A stretch of DNA of 64,000 nucleotides from positions 26,530 through 90,529 of the IMG/VR virus record IMGVR_UViG_3300004255_000002. One strand, written 5' to 3'. Below are positions 20,634-29,510 of this stretch, one piece after another; position 1 is the stretch's first letter, and every line of letters starts with the position of its first letter. Source of the DNA: a virus (lineage: Duplodnaviria > Caudoviricetes). The notes under the pieces were generated by a model. That model saw only the letters and a program-made list of their open reading frames with translations. It did no database searches and was not told where the DNA came from. A program made the position numbers and the translations under genes.

Positions 20634-20951
20634 ATGAATAGACTAGCTTTAATAGTTGTATTCATTGGTTGCCAAGTGCTCCACATCATTGGCTCGGTAT
20701 GGATGCTGTGTGCCATTGTGGTTAATTCAAACCGAGCATGGCGCATAGCTATCGGTCAAGACCAAGCATGTAACGCCGCTCTTGGTGGTGATGAGGATGA
20801 GACTATCTCTAGTAGGGCGTGGAGGTCTAGGGACAGAAGTAAGTTCTGGGCCAAGGCATACCGAGTGATAGACTTTCTATTCCTACCTAGGGAGAAAGAC
20901 CACTGCAAGAAGTCTTATGAGAAAGAGTTAAGAAAGCGGAGGTTCCTATGA
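20634..20951 (+). CDS. Conserved phage membrane protein
   Basis: N-terminal hydrophobic helix and DQ-x-x-N-x-x-LGG-x-x-DETISSR...HC motif. Confidence 0.6.
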   Translation: MNRLALIVVFIGCQVLHIIGSVWMLCAIVVNSNRAWRIAIGQDQACNAALGGDEDETISSRAWRSRDRSKFWAKAYRVIDFLFLPREKDHCKKSYEKELRKRRFL

Positions 20952-21826
20952 TACCGGGGAGTTTCAATTCCATGCAGTTGGCTAATGGGGTGGCAGGACA
21001 GCTCCCAGCGGGTCTTGTGTTGGATGTGGTACCTAATGCGAAGACTGCATTCTCTGCGGCTAGGCGGTTACGTGCGGCGGCTACTTACATATTCATCGCG
21101 GCTCGTGGGGATTCCTCTAGTGTAGCTACTCAGACTATCGGCTTTACCAACGATGAAGTGAACGAGGCAGGACTAACCAGCTTTATCTCATCTAGCACGA
21201 ACGCCAGAATACGTGAGTGGGCTGACCAATCAGGTAATTCTATTCATGCTGACTCTGGTGATATCTGGGGACTTGCAGGTACTATTTACAGAAGCTCAGC
21301 AGGGGGCTTAGTGAAGGTCGGCGGTAAACTAGCGCTACGCTTTGGTATTGACGCAACAGAGAACTACTACCTACCTGTAATCAGTAATGAGTTTGCCGCA
21401 ATGACAGGTGAGTACACCTTCTTCATGGTAGGCAAACCGAATAACAACATTGCCCAGCTCGCAGGTACAGGGTCTGGTAATGGTGGCGCTAACTCTATTG
21501 CTCGTTTGGGTACAACTAGTCACATCATCGCTGACTCTGGTGGTTTCGATATCACTACCTCAGGTACCTCGACTCAGTCCATACTGACAGCGTACAAGCG
21601 TGGTAGTGACCGTGAGATACGAGTGAACGGTGTGGCACAAAGCACTAACACCACAGTGTCTACTCGTAACTTGGGTATTAATCGTATTGGTAGTAGTCCG
21701 TACTTTACGCCAGTCGTTTACCATGACGGCACCATCTCAGAGGTTATCTTCTATGACCGCGGCTTAAGCGATTCAGAGATAGCGTTCGTTGAGGCTAATA
21801 TGAAAGCGTTCTACGGTATCGCATAG
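20948..21826 (+). CDS. Putative receptor-binding / carbohydrate-binding (concanavalin A/LamG-like) protein
   Basis: AFSAARRL...IGF...F...WADQSGN N-terminal pattern and DGTISEVIFYDRGLS LamG-like end. Confidence 0.6.
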   Translation: MIPGSFNSMQLANGVAGQLPAGLVLDVVPNAKTAFSAARRLRAAATYIFIAARGDSSSVATQTIGFTNDEVNEAGLTSFISSSTNARIREWADQSGNSIHADSGDIWGLAGTIYRSSAGGLVKVGGKLALRFGIDATENYYLPVISNEFAAMTGEYTFFMVGKPNNNIAQLAGTGSGNGGANSIARLGTTSHIIADSGGFDITTSGTSTQSILTAYKRGSDREIRVNGVAQSTNTTVSTRNLGINRIGSSPYFTPVVYHDGTISEVIFYDRGLSDSEIAFVEANMKAFYGIA

Positions 21827-21831
21827 TAGTT

Positions 21832-21967
21832 TGCAGTTAATTGCACACGATACGGCCTGCTTATTTGTGGGTCGTATCCATTCTTGTGGGTGTATTAGTA
21901 CAGTAGTTCTTCTTATGTAGTGAAAGTTACGGTTATAATGGCCTAACGAAAATTGCAACTAATTGCA
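21832..21967. promoter_or_regulatory. Pair of palindromic operators flanking a candidate lysis promoter
   Basis: TGCAGTTAATTGCA 21832-21845 and TGCAACTAATTGCA 21954-21967, with TATAAT at 21934-21939 between them. Confidence 0.55.
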
Positions 21968-21990
21968 CTAATAAAAACAGGAGAAGTGTT

Positions 21991-22386
21991 GTGTCTGAGA
22001 ATAACCGTAGAGTGACTGATGATGCCAATGACGAAATAAGTCAGTTAATTCGTCAAGAGAATGACCCAGAGCGTCGCGCCTTCTTGCTTATCCTGCAAAA
22101 CATTAATCTATCGCTGGCGTCCAATACGACCACGGTCAATGAAATCGACACCCAGCTTAAGCAACACCTTATTGAGTTCCGTACCACCACCGATGCACAA
22201 GAAGCCCTCCTGAATAAAGGTCGTGGCGTTTGGAAGTTCGCAGGCGTGGTATTAGGTATAGCACAGAGCGCAGTAGTGGGTATGGTCATATACGGCTTCA
22301 CAGAGCTACGTAGCCTGCACGAAGAAGACATCCGCCTCAGCACCCGCTTAACCATTCAAGAAACAATCAATAAGGGCAAGCCATGA
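21991..22386 (+). CDS. Membrane protein of the lysis cassette (holin/antiholin-like)
   Basis: CAGGAG RBS, GTG start, coiled coil followed by one C-terminal transmembrane helix. Confidence 0.55.
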   Translation: MSENNRRVTDDANDEISQLIRQENDPERRAFLLILQNINLSLASNTTTVNEIDTQLKQHLIEFRTTTDAQEALLNKGRGVWKFAGVVLGIAQSAVVGMVIYGFTELRSLHEEDIRLSTRLTIQETINKGKP

Positions 22387-22787
22387 ACCTCAAACTGATT
22401 CGTAAAGACTTTACCAACAACTCCACCATAGGCGAGCTATTCGTGGACGGTGTGTTTGAATGCTATGTGTTGGAAGACGTGGTACGTTTACCTCATATCA
22501 AGGTAGCAGGCGAGACCGCTATCCCTTATGGTACTTATCCTGTCATCATCGACTTTAGTAATCGCTTCCAAAAGCTTATGCCATTGTTATTGAACGTGCC
22601 CAACTTCGCGGGTGTACGCATCCACAAAGGCAACACCAAGGCGGACACAGACGGTTGCTTACTGCTAGGTACAACCAAAGGTAAAGACATCGTGGGTGGT
22701 AGCAAGATAGCCTATGATGCATTCTTTAAAAAGCTCACAGCGGCCTACAAGAAGGAAAAGGTCACGATTGAAATAGTGGAGAGCTAA
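22383..22787 (+). CDS. Putative endolysin, DUF5675 family
   Basis: STIGELFVDG...CYVLED...TAIPYGTY...GVRIHKGNT-x-x-DT-x-GCLLLG signature, lysis cassette context. Confidence 0.8.
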   Translation: MNLKLIRKDFTNNSTIGELFVDGVFECYVLEDVVRLPHIKVAGETAIPYGTYPVIIDFSNRFQKLMPLLLNVPNFAGVRIHKGNTKADTDGCLLLGTTKGKDIVGGSKIAYDAFFKKLTAAYKKEKVTIEIVES

Positions 22788-22791
22788 TGCC

Positions 22792-23082
22792 ATGCAGAAG
22801 CCTAATACCATCTCGTGTTTCTGGGACTGGATTGATTGCCGTAATGTAGTTAGTCGGATTGTCCTAGGTATCACTGTGTGGATGACGTGGCGTGCCTTCC
22901 TGTGGGCTGGGGACTTCGCCCAGATGTCATTGAACCACCCAAGCCCATCAAGCGGCTTAGAGGCCTCTACAATGATTGCCGCAGTGACCGCACCGATTGC
23001 CGCATTACAAGGGTACATCTTTAAAGTGTATGCAGATGTACGTACTAAAGACAAAGCATCAGCGAAAGAGGAAGCAGAATGA
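22792..23082 (+). CDS. Putative holin
   Basis: 96 aa with two transmembrane segments and a charged C-tail, between endolysin and spanins. Confidence 0.65.
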   Translation: MQKPNTISCFWDWIDCRNVVSRIVLGITVWMTWRAFLWAGDFAQMSLNHPSPSSGLEASTMIAAVTAPIAALQGYIFKVYADVRTKDKASAKEEAE

Positions 23083-23495
23083 ATCCAATTAGCGTAGGCG
23101 CGTGGCTAGCAAACAATAAGGGCAAGCTAGGAATTGCTCTGGTGGTTCTGCTATTGACTGTGTACATCGGTACTCTGCATTACAGTATCTACAGCAAGGG
23201 CAAGCAAATCAAAGAGCTGGACGCCAAAGTAGTAGAGCTTAAGGCCGACCTCCTAACAGAGAAAGGTAAAGTGAAAGTACTTGAGACCAAGCTAAGCGCT
23301 ATGGTGGTGGCTGGTCAGAAGGCTATTGAGAATGCGCAAGTATGGAAACAGCTTTACGAAGGCGCTAGTAAGAAGTACGATAAAAACATAGCCGCTATAA
23401 CCCAATGGAAGAAAAAAGATAATGAGACAGATTGCCAAGCTACTAGTCGTTTGCTTCATGACTATTCTGCTAACCGCGTGCCACTTATTCAGTAA
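23079..23495 (+). CDS. i-spanin (Rz-like)
   Basis: N-terminal transmembrane helix followed by a long coiled coil. Confidence 0.7.
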   Translation: MNPISVGAWLANNKGKLGIALVVLLLTVYIGTLHYSIYSKGKQIKELDAKVVELKADLLTEKGKVKVLETKLSAMVVAGQKAIENAQVWKQLYEGASKKYDKNIAAITQWKKKDNETDCQATSRLLHDYSANRVPLIQ

Positions 23496-23709
23496 GCCAG
23501 ACCCAGAGGTTATCTACGTAGACGTGCCGACCCCAGTGTCATGCGTAACGTGGGAGCCAGAGGTACCTGTGTCTGCGTACGAAACACTTATACGACCCGC
23601 CCAGATGTGGCAGGAAGTCAAAGCCTTACTAGTGGATAGGGAGTCCTCTAAAAAGCTGGTAGAAGGCCAGCGCAGTGTGATAGAAGGATGCAAGCTCCCA
23701 AACCCCTGA
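23422..23709 (+). CDS. o-spanin lipoprotein (Rz1-like)
   Basis: Lipobox LLTAC, Pro-rich mature region, overlaps the i-spanin 3' end in another frame. Confidence 0.75.
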   Translation: MRQIAKLLVVCFMTILLTACHLFSKPDPEVIYVDVPTPVSCVTWEPEVPVSAYETLIRPAQMWQEVKALLVDRESSKKLVEGQRSVIEGCKLPNP

Positions 23710-23741
23710 GTAGTTACCGTTCTCGTGCCGTGCCTCGCCCT

Positions 23742-23769
23742 GACCCACCTAAGACGTGGGTCTCTTTTT
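23742..23769 (+). terminator. Rho-independent terminator ending the late operon
   Basis: GACCCAC-CTAAGAC-GTGGGTC followed by TCTTTTT. Confidence 0.75.
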
Positions 23770-23770
23770 G

Positions 23771-23822
23771 TGCAATCAATTGCAAATACATTGCTTGACA
23801 AATTATACCAATCTGCTATTAT
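23771..23822 (+). promoter_or_regulatory. Operator plus sigma70-type phage promoter
   Basis: TGCAATCAATTGCA 23771-23784. TTGACA 23795, 16 bp, TG-C-TATTAT 23817. Confidence 0.8.
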
Positions 23823-23843
23823 GAACATATACCAAATGATGCC

Positions 23844-24512
23844 ATGGAGGGCAGTATGAAAAAGGTAATCCCAATAGTCGCAGTCGGCGGCGCAACACCC
23901 TTGCCTAGTGAAGCAGAGCTAGAAGCAAGCATCCAACTTAACCTTAGACGCTTAAAACCGTCAGTCCCAGAGATACAACGCCTATTGCACGAAGAACTAC
24001 GTGACACGGTGCACATGGAAGCCACTCAGCACGTTAAGAATGGTCGTCTATTGGAAGCCATCAATAAGATTAGTGCGCTCATGGAACCAGCCGTAGCATG
24101 CGGCAAAGGGTGCTCACACTGCTGTCATATGGCTGTAGGTATCTCAGCGTGGGAGGCAGAGCAAATCGGTAAGTACATCGGTATCAAGCCAGCCAACCCA
24201 CCAGCCATCACGATAGAGAACGCCTTGGAGGTTCAAGAGGCCTCAATTCAGAAGTACATGGGTAAAACCTGCCCGTTCCTACAGAACAATGAATGCTCTA
24301 TCTACGAGGTAAGGCCGTTCGCATGCCGTACCAACTTCAATATCTCGGCGTACCCTCAACAGTGCAACCTGTTTGAGCACCCGCAAGCAACGGTACCAAA
24401 CTTCGACTTAAGCAACTTATGGACGGCTTCTGCTGTCATTAATTCTGACCCGCCTGTATTTGGCGACCTGCGTCAGTTCTTTCCAATGGACCAATATGGA
24501 GCGTTCAAATGA
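23844..24512 (+). CDS. YkgJ / CxxCxxCC family Zn- or Fe-S-binding protein
   Basis: CGKGCSHCCH and CPFL-x-x-x-x-CSIYEVRPFACR motifs. The likely start is the downstream MKKVIP after GGAGGG. Confidence 0.85.
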   Translation: MEGSMKKVIPIVAVGGATPLPSEAELEASIQLNLRRLKPSVPEIQRLLHEELRDTVHMEATQHVKNGRLLEAINKISALMEPAVACGKGCSHCCHMAVGISAWEAEQIGKYIGIKPANPPAITIENALEVQEASIQKYMGKTCPFLQNNECSIYEVRPFACRTNFNISAYPQQCNLFEHPQATVPNFDLSNLWTASAVINSDPPVFGDLRQFFPMDQYGAFK

Positions 24513-24757
24513 CCAAACACACGAAAACCGTCATGAAGGTGCAACGACCTTTAAGTAGCAATGTAGAAAACCCGCTATGCTTGTTCTACAACCAAGACAG
24601 AAGCATCCTATTTGAGTACCCGATGACAGATGACCTGCGTGTACTGTTCGGTCCGTACCATAAGGTGTACTGCGTGGTTACGCTTATTCCCGACCCTGTG
24701 GTTGAGGGTGGGTTCAGTGTGGAGATTGGTAACCTCGTGGACTACCAGCCTTGGTAA
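24509..24757 (+). CDS. Hypothetical protein
   Basis: ATGA overlap with the upstream gene. Confidence 0.6.
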   Translation: MTKHTKTVMKVQRPLSSNVENPLCLFYNQDRSILFEYPMTDDLRVLFGPYHKVYCVVTLIPDPVVEGGFSVEIGNLVDYQPW

Positions 24758-24811
24758 AGACAAAGTAAAGAGACAGGCCTATACTAGTAGGTCTGATACA
24801 TCAATCAGGAG

Positions 24812-25204
24812 ATGAAAATGAGTGCCGAACAAACAGAAGTCCAAGTACTAAGCCATACCATTAAGACCATGGTAGAAATACTAGACAACGAGTTAGACCA
24901 TACCAAACCAGACGGGGATATGGCGCACCCAGCTAATCATTCCTGCCTCAAGCACATCAAAGCCTCATATGAGCAACTACTAAACTCCCCACCAGTAATC
25001 CTACAGCCGTGTTTGCTCAAGCTACAGCGTGAGAGCCTTATCAAAGAGATAGCGAACTACGACAGAGCCCACCTTCCAAGTGTGGTACAGAAGCTGGTTA
25101 ATGAGGCTATCCACGAAGACCGCACCAAGACTGCGGAGCGTGTAAAGCAGTGGATAGACAACGATGCGAAGAAGTCTATATTCGATATAATTCTTGACAA
25201 ATAA
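24812..25204 (+). CDS. Hypothetical protein
   Basis: AGGAG RBS, 130 aa. Confidence 0.6.
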   Translation: MKMSAEQTEVQVLSHTIKTMVEILDNELDHTKPDGDMAHPANHSCLKHIKASYEQLLNSPPVILQPCLLKLQRESLIKEIANYDRAHLPSVVQKLVNEAIHEDRTKTAERVKQWIDNDAKKSIFDIILDK

Positions 25205-25221
25205 AATGAATCTGCTATTAT
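25194..25221 (+). promoter_or_regulatory. sigma70-type phage promoter
   Basis: TTGACA-16 bp-TATTAT with extended TG. Confidence 0.75.
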
Positions 25222-25255
25222 GAACAGGTAGCAAAAATTATCAAACACTCTATGG

Positions 25256-26470
25256 ATGGAGACCCAAATGGAATACCTAAAACTGGCTATTAAGACAGGC
25301 CTACCCCTCATACATCTACGCACTGATGACATTCTGAACGTAGAGAAAATCTTAAGTTATATCGCTGGCGAACCAGTAAAGCCCCTACAAGTACCAGAAA
25401 CCATAGTGAAGACCGCAGACCTCAAAGTACCCGAAGGTCGCGTGTTCTTTACTAGCGCAGAATGCAAGTCGTTAGTGAAGTTGTATAACTGGTGCGAAGA
25501 CGAGGGCAAGACAATCATTTTCGTCAACACTGATAAGTCTGTCCTACATTACGATGGCAATACCTTAGTCACCCCGAAAGAGCTGATTATTGAGTTGTTA
25601 AGTGATGTAGTAGAAGACCCAGAATCATTGGTGCCGTCATTCGCTGGCTTGACTTTAAAAGACGTGGGTGAGATGGCGCAACTAACCATGACCCGTGATG
25701 AAACACTTACTGTACGCGGTATCACTGAAACCCGCCGTAGCTACAATAACCTTAAAGGCATCCAGCAAGTCGATACCAACCTAGACTACTACGTATGCCC
25801 AGTCTACCTAGATAAGTGGATGAAAGAGAACTCCAAGTTCTTTACCGAAGCGAAGCACCCTAGCCTTATCCCTCGTGGTTTGCTATTCGATGGCCCACCG
25901 GGTACGGGTAAGACCCTTGCGAGTAAATACATCGCAAATAAACTAGGTGTGCCGTTATATCGCCTAGACCTAGGTGCCATGATGGGCAAATACGTAGGCG
26001 ACAGTGAGAGTGCTCTGAACTCAGCGCTAGCCCAGATTGATAGCGTAAGTCCAAGTACAATTATTTTGGACGAAGTGGAGAAGGTATTCCAAAGCCAAGG
26101 GGATAGCGGTGTGACCTCACGCTTATTGAGCCAACTATTATGGTGGCTACAAGAGCATAAAAGCCGCTCATTCGTGGTGATGACTACCAATGACATTACC
26201 CGCATTCCTGAGGAGCTCTACCGTGAGGGTCGTATCGACGGCACCATGGAGTTCCTAGGTATTGATTCTGTAGAGGCTGGTATGGAGTTCGGTAAGAATG
26301 CATTCATCCAGTTGGCTAATGAAGTCGGTATCAATACCCAACCAGAAAGCTTTAGTTCCCTTAACAAACGTATTAAGCGCTTATTCACAGACAGCGACCA
26401 TGTACCGCAAGCAAAGATTGTACAAGAGGTTCGTGGCTTAGTTCGTGAAATTAGCGTGGAGGAGGCATAA
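25256..26470 (+). CDS. AAA+ ATPase (SpoVK/Ycf46-like)
   Basis: Walker A GPPGTGKT, Walker B IILDEVEK, MTTN sensor, REGRID arginine finger. Confidence 0.9.
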   Translation: METQMEYLKLAIKTGLPLIHLRTDDILNVEKILSYIAGEPVKPLQVPETIVKTADLKVPEGRVFFTSAECKSLVKLYNWCEDEGKTIIFVNTDKSVLHYDGNTLVTPKELIIELLSDVVEDPESLVPSFAGLTLKDVGEMAQLTMTRDETLTVRGITETRRSYNNLKGIQQVDTNLDYYVCPVYLDKWMKENSKFFTEAKHPSLIPRGLLFDGPPGTGKTLASKYIANKLGVPLYRLDLGAMMGKYVGDSESALNSALAQIDSVSPSTIILDEVEKVFQSQGDSGVTSRLLSQLLWWLQEHKSRSFVVMTTNDITRIPEELYREGRIDGTMEFLGIDSVEAGMEFGKNAFIQLANEVGINTQPESFSSLNKRIKRLFTDSDHVPQAKIVQEVRGLVREISVEEA

Positions 26471-27093
26471 TGAGTTTCGCATATAAAGCTAATGTTCACT
26501 TTCCTAATGTGCAATGGACAGGCGAGTCTAATATCCACGTATCTCAGGCTAAGTATGGCGTCCTTCCAGCCTCTGCTGATACTTGGCAGAAGGTCTTATC
26601 CCTGATTAGCCGTGGTGACTTTGGTCGCCATATCTACCGCTATCTTACTGGTACCTTTACTGGTATTGAGTGGTTGGTGAATGAGGAGGAGTTCGTCACT
26701 CTATTCCTCGTGGATATGTACCGCCACTTACGGGGTATGAAGGACACCCAGAACGAAACCAAGCTACAGAACCCTTACACTGGTAATGTGTTTCACCGTA
26801 TTGGCTTAATCGGCAATATCGTGACAGGCATCCGCTTCTGGGTTGGTAATCAAGAGCATGATGATACTGGCCTTGGATTAGAGGGCGGAGGCTATGAGGT
26901 AGGGTACCGCTTCCGTATTGAGCACCTTGCTGACGATGAAGAGGAACACACCCGCGTCCGTGCCCGTGAGATTGTCGAAGAGGCCAACGAAATGATTGAG
27001 ATGGTGATGGACTCATTCATGGAGATTCAAGAGCCGACTAAAGAAGTGCTTAACCAATTGGTTGAGTTTGAGAAACAACTGGAGATTATGTAA
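26470..27093 (+). CDS. Hypothetical protein
   Basis: 207 aa, translationally coupled to the ATPase gene. Confidence 0.7.
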   Translation: MSFAYKANVHFPNVQWTGESNIHVSQAKYGVLPASADTWQKVLSLISRGDFGRHIYRYLTGTFTGIEWLVNEEEFVTLFLVDMYRHLRGMKDTQNETKLQNPYTGNVFHRIGLIGNIVTGIRFWVGNQEHDDTGLGLEGGGYEVGYRFRIEHLADDEEEHTRVRAREIVEEANEMIEMVMDSFMEIQEPTKEVLNQLVEFEKQLEIM

Positions 27094-27653
27094 TGAAAGA
27101 GCTAATGGAAGTAGATATTAATAAGAGCACAGGTAGTGTGTTCTATCGTATCGGCACGAATGACGAGTTCTCTGTCTCGGTGCGGTTATGGAAAGGTATC
27201 TCAGAGCAACCTAACACTACTTTATTAGGGTTTCGTGTTCGGGTTACTCTGCATGATAATCTCCCTCAGCCTATCTCCATGGTGGGTCTGCTTAAAGACC
27301 GATTCCCTAAGGTGAAAATGTGGACAGGTACATCAGGTCGCCACGGTTCGGTGGCTGGACTACTGACTATCCCTGTTAATCAATACAATGCACCTTTAGT
27401 TCTAGCTAAGATACACGAAGAGGAGCTCATGGCTAAGCTCTGGGAGACGCTAATCCGTGACCTTGATACCTTCGTATACAACGTGGACAAAGAACAGTTT
27501 GTAGCGCTTATGACAGAGATTGCAAAAGAAGAACTACAGGCAGGTATCTTACCTAACGCACAGGGAGCAGTAGTATTAGACTTTGCATCCCACAAGGTCA
27601 AGTACCTAGGTGGCAAGGAAGTAGACACCGCTACGGAAGACAACCATGAGTGA
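27093..27653 (+). CDS. Hypothetical protein
   Basis: 186 aa, coupled stop/start. Confidence 0.7.
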   Translation: MKELMEVDINKSTGSVFYRIGTNDEFSVSVRLWKGISEQPNTTLLGFRVRVTLHDNLPQPISMVGLLKDRFPKVKMWTGTSGRHGSVAGLLTIPVNQYNAPLVLAKIHEEELMAKLWETLIRDLDTFVYNVDKEQFVALMTEIAKEELQAGILPNAQGAVVLDFASHKVKYLGGKEVDTATEDNHE

Positions 27654-27930
27654 TACCTTGGTAGTCCATACTAACGATGAGCACCAGATGCTTGGAGACC
27701 AAATGGGCTTGCCTATGTCTCCCTCTGATGTTGTTCTTCTGTTAGAGAAGTGCTTAGCCCACCTAAGCCTGTCTAAAGAGGTGATGTTCTTTCGCGGGTA
27801 CGAAATGCTTAAGGCCAATGCAGGTACGATGCGTGAGCAGTTAGATGAGTCCTATATTGTCAACGGCTACGAAGAGGCAATGACTAAGCGTGACGAATTG
27901 TTGCGGGAGTTTGGCAAATGCTTGAAGTAA
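27646..27930 (+). CDS. Hypothetical protein
   Basis: 94 aa, overlapping neighbours in the operon. Confidence 0.6.
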   Translation: MSDTLVVHTNDEHQMLGDQMGLPMSPSDVVLLLEKCLAHLSLSKEVMFFRGYEMLKANAGTMREQLDESYIVNGYEEAMTKRDELLREFGKCLK

Positions 27931-28925
27931 TAGACCATAGCCCAAAAGACGTGTTGTTTAAGGTCGAGTACTTTGACTACTTTAAAGACCACCTAGTGTG
28001 CCTGATGCTGTCTCAGTTACATTACTGGTACACACCAGACAGTAAAGGTAATTCTAAACTCAGGGTGCACCGTAACGGTAAGTGGTGGTTAGCTAAGACC
28101 CACGTAGAGTGGTACAAAGAACTCAGACTATCTCGCAGTCAGGTTAATCGTTGCTTAAAAGTGTTAGAGGATGCAGGAGTGATTGAAGTTATCACTATGG
28201 GTTTTAACGGTAGGCCAACTACTCATATTATGGCTATCGGGGTGAACGGTAACTACCCGTTAAAGGGTAATCAATTGCTGATAGACCACCTCCCTAATGC
28301 TCATACATGTGCATTACATTGCACGTCATCGAACAATGCATTGCACGTAGGCGAGCAATCTAATACAGAGAGTACAGCAAAGAGTACTACAGAGACTTTG
28401 GCAATCGCTAAAGCTCAGCCCACAGATACATCTTTAAATAAGGATACAGATATGAAAGGTCCATCCACAGCTAATCAAGCTCTGGCCCACATGAAGCAAC
28501 TACAAGCCAAACAGTCTGGTGTTGTGGTTCCTGATAAGGTGACCAGTAAAACATTACAGGATGTGTGGAAGCGCTCATGCACTATCTTTGTTGCCGCGTT
28601 TACTGCTAAGCAACGAGGTCAGTTCACGCACATCCTAAAACGCATCCCACAAGAACCAGTACACACGCTCAATTACGTGCTGGAAAACTGGGTGGAATTT
28701 ACCAAGTATGTAGAGGTAAACGCCGCCGCGAAAAATACACCACTAACGCCAAATGTGGATTTTGTATTAAAGTATTGTTCTGAGGCCTACAATTATTACC
28801 TCAGTTCCAAGCCTGTGCAATTAATTGCAAAACCTAAACAGGTGAAAGAAGTGAAGAAGGTAGTGGTCGAAGAGAACCCAGACGATGCTCCTGCAACACT
28901 AGAACAATTGCTGGCAATGGAGTAA
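27918..28925 (+). CDS. Putative replication initiator (N-terminal winged HTH)
   Basis: LSQLHYWY...KT-x-x-EW-x-x-EL-x-LSRSQVNRCLKVL-x-x-x-GVI HTH, S/T-rich linker, directly upstream of the loader-like and DnaB genes. Confidence 0.7.
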   Translation: MLEVIDHSPKDVLFKVEYFDYFKDHLVCLMLSQLHYWYTPDSKGNSKLRVHRNGKWWLAKTHVEWYKELRLSRSQVNRCLKVLEDAGVIEVITMGFNGRPTTHIMAIGVNGNYPLKGNQLLIDHLPNAHTCALHCTSSNNALHVGEQSNTESTAKSTTETLAIAKAQPTDTSLNKDTDMKGPSTANQALAHMKQLQAKQSGVVVPDKVTSKTLQDVWKRSCTIFVAAFTAKQRGQFTHILKRIPQEPVHTLNYVLENWVEFTKYVEVNAAAKNTPLTPNVDFVLKYCSEAYNYYLSSKPVQLIAKPKQVKEVKKVVVEENPDDAPATLEQLLAME

Positions 28926-28928
28926 GTC

Positions 28929-29501
28929 ATGAACAAAGATATAGTGGTACCTGATTGGGTATTCAGTGAGAACGTGTTGAACAAGGACTACCACGAGCGA
29001 CTGCTTGCTAGTCTGTACGAGTTCACCCGCACCGCGAATATCCAGCCTAAGTACGTATGGGCTAAATTAGTCGATTACTGCGTAGGCGAGGACTTTGATT
29101 GGGTGAAGGGGATTAAGCATTCGGATGATTCTGGTATGGCCTATATAGGTAAGTCATCCACCATCCCTATTGAGGACAAGATGGCGGCTATCGCTGGTTG
29201 TTTGCTACGTAACTATATCGACGCTAGGGTGATGACCTTGCAATCGGTTGTAGACCACCTAGCAGACGGCACGATGCCACAACCTACTGTCCTGCTCATC
29301 CCTAATTTCTACCTGTCAGCCAATAATGGGGGCAAGGTAGCGACGTGGGAGGTATCTAGCTTGCTAGGCCTACTTTACGAGCGCATGGCGGCTAACTTAA
29401 AGACCGTTGTGTACATAAGCAATCATGATGAGATGACAAAGGATTACGGGTCTTCGTTTAGTGACCACATCCTCAATCATTACTCAATCGTTAATCTATA
29501 A
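28929..29501 (+). CDS. Degenerate DnaC/IstB-like helicase loader
   Basis: Position between initiator and DnaB. PTVLLIPNF, LLYER, TVVYISN and FSDHI echo the DnaC Walker B and downstream motifs, but there is no intact GxxGxGKT. Confidence 0.5.
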   Translation: MNKDIVVPDWVFSENVLNKDYHERLLASLYEFTRTANIQPKYVWAKLVDYCVGEDFDWVKGIKHSDDSGMAYIGKSSTIPIEDKMAAIAGCLLRNYIDARVMTLQSVVDHLADGTMPQPTVLLIPNFYLSANNGGKVATWEVSSLLGLLYERMAANLKTVVYISNHDEMTKDYGSSFSDHILNHYSIVNL

Positions 29502-29510
29502 GGTAATAAT

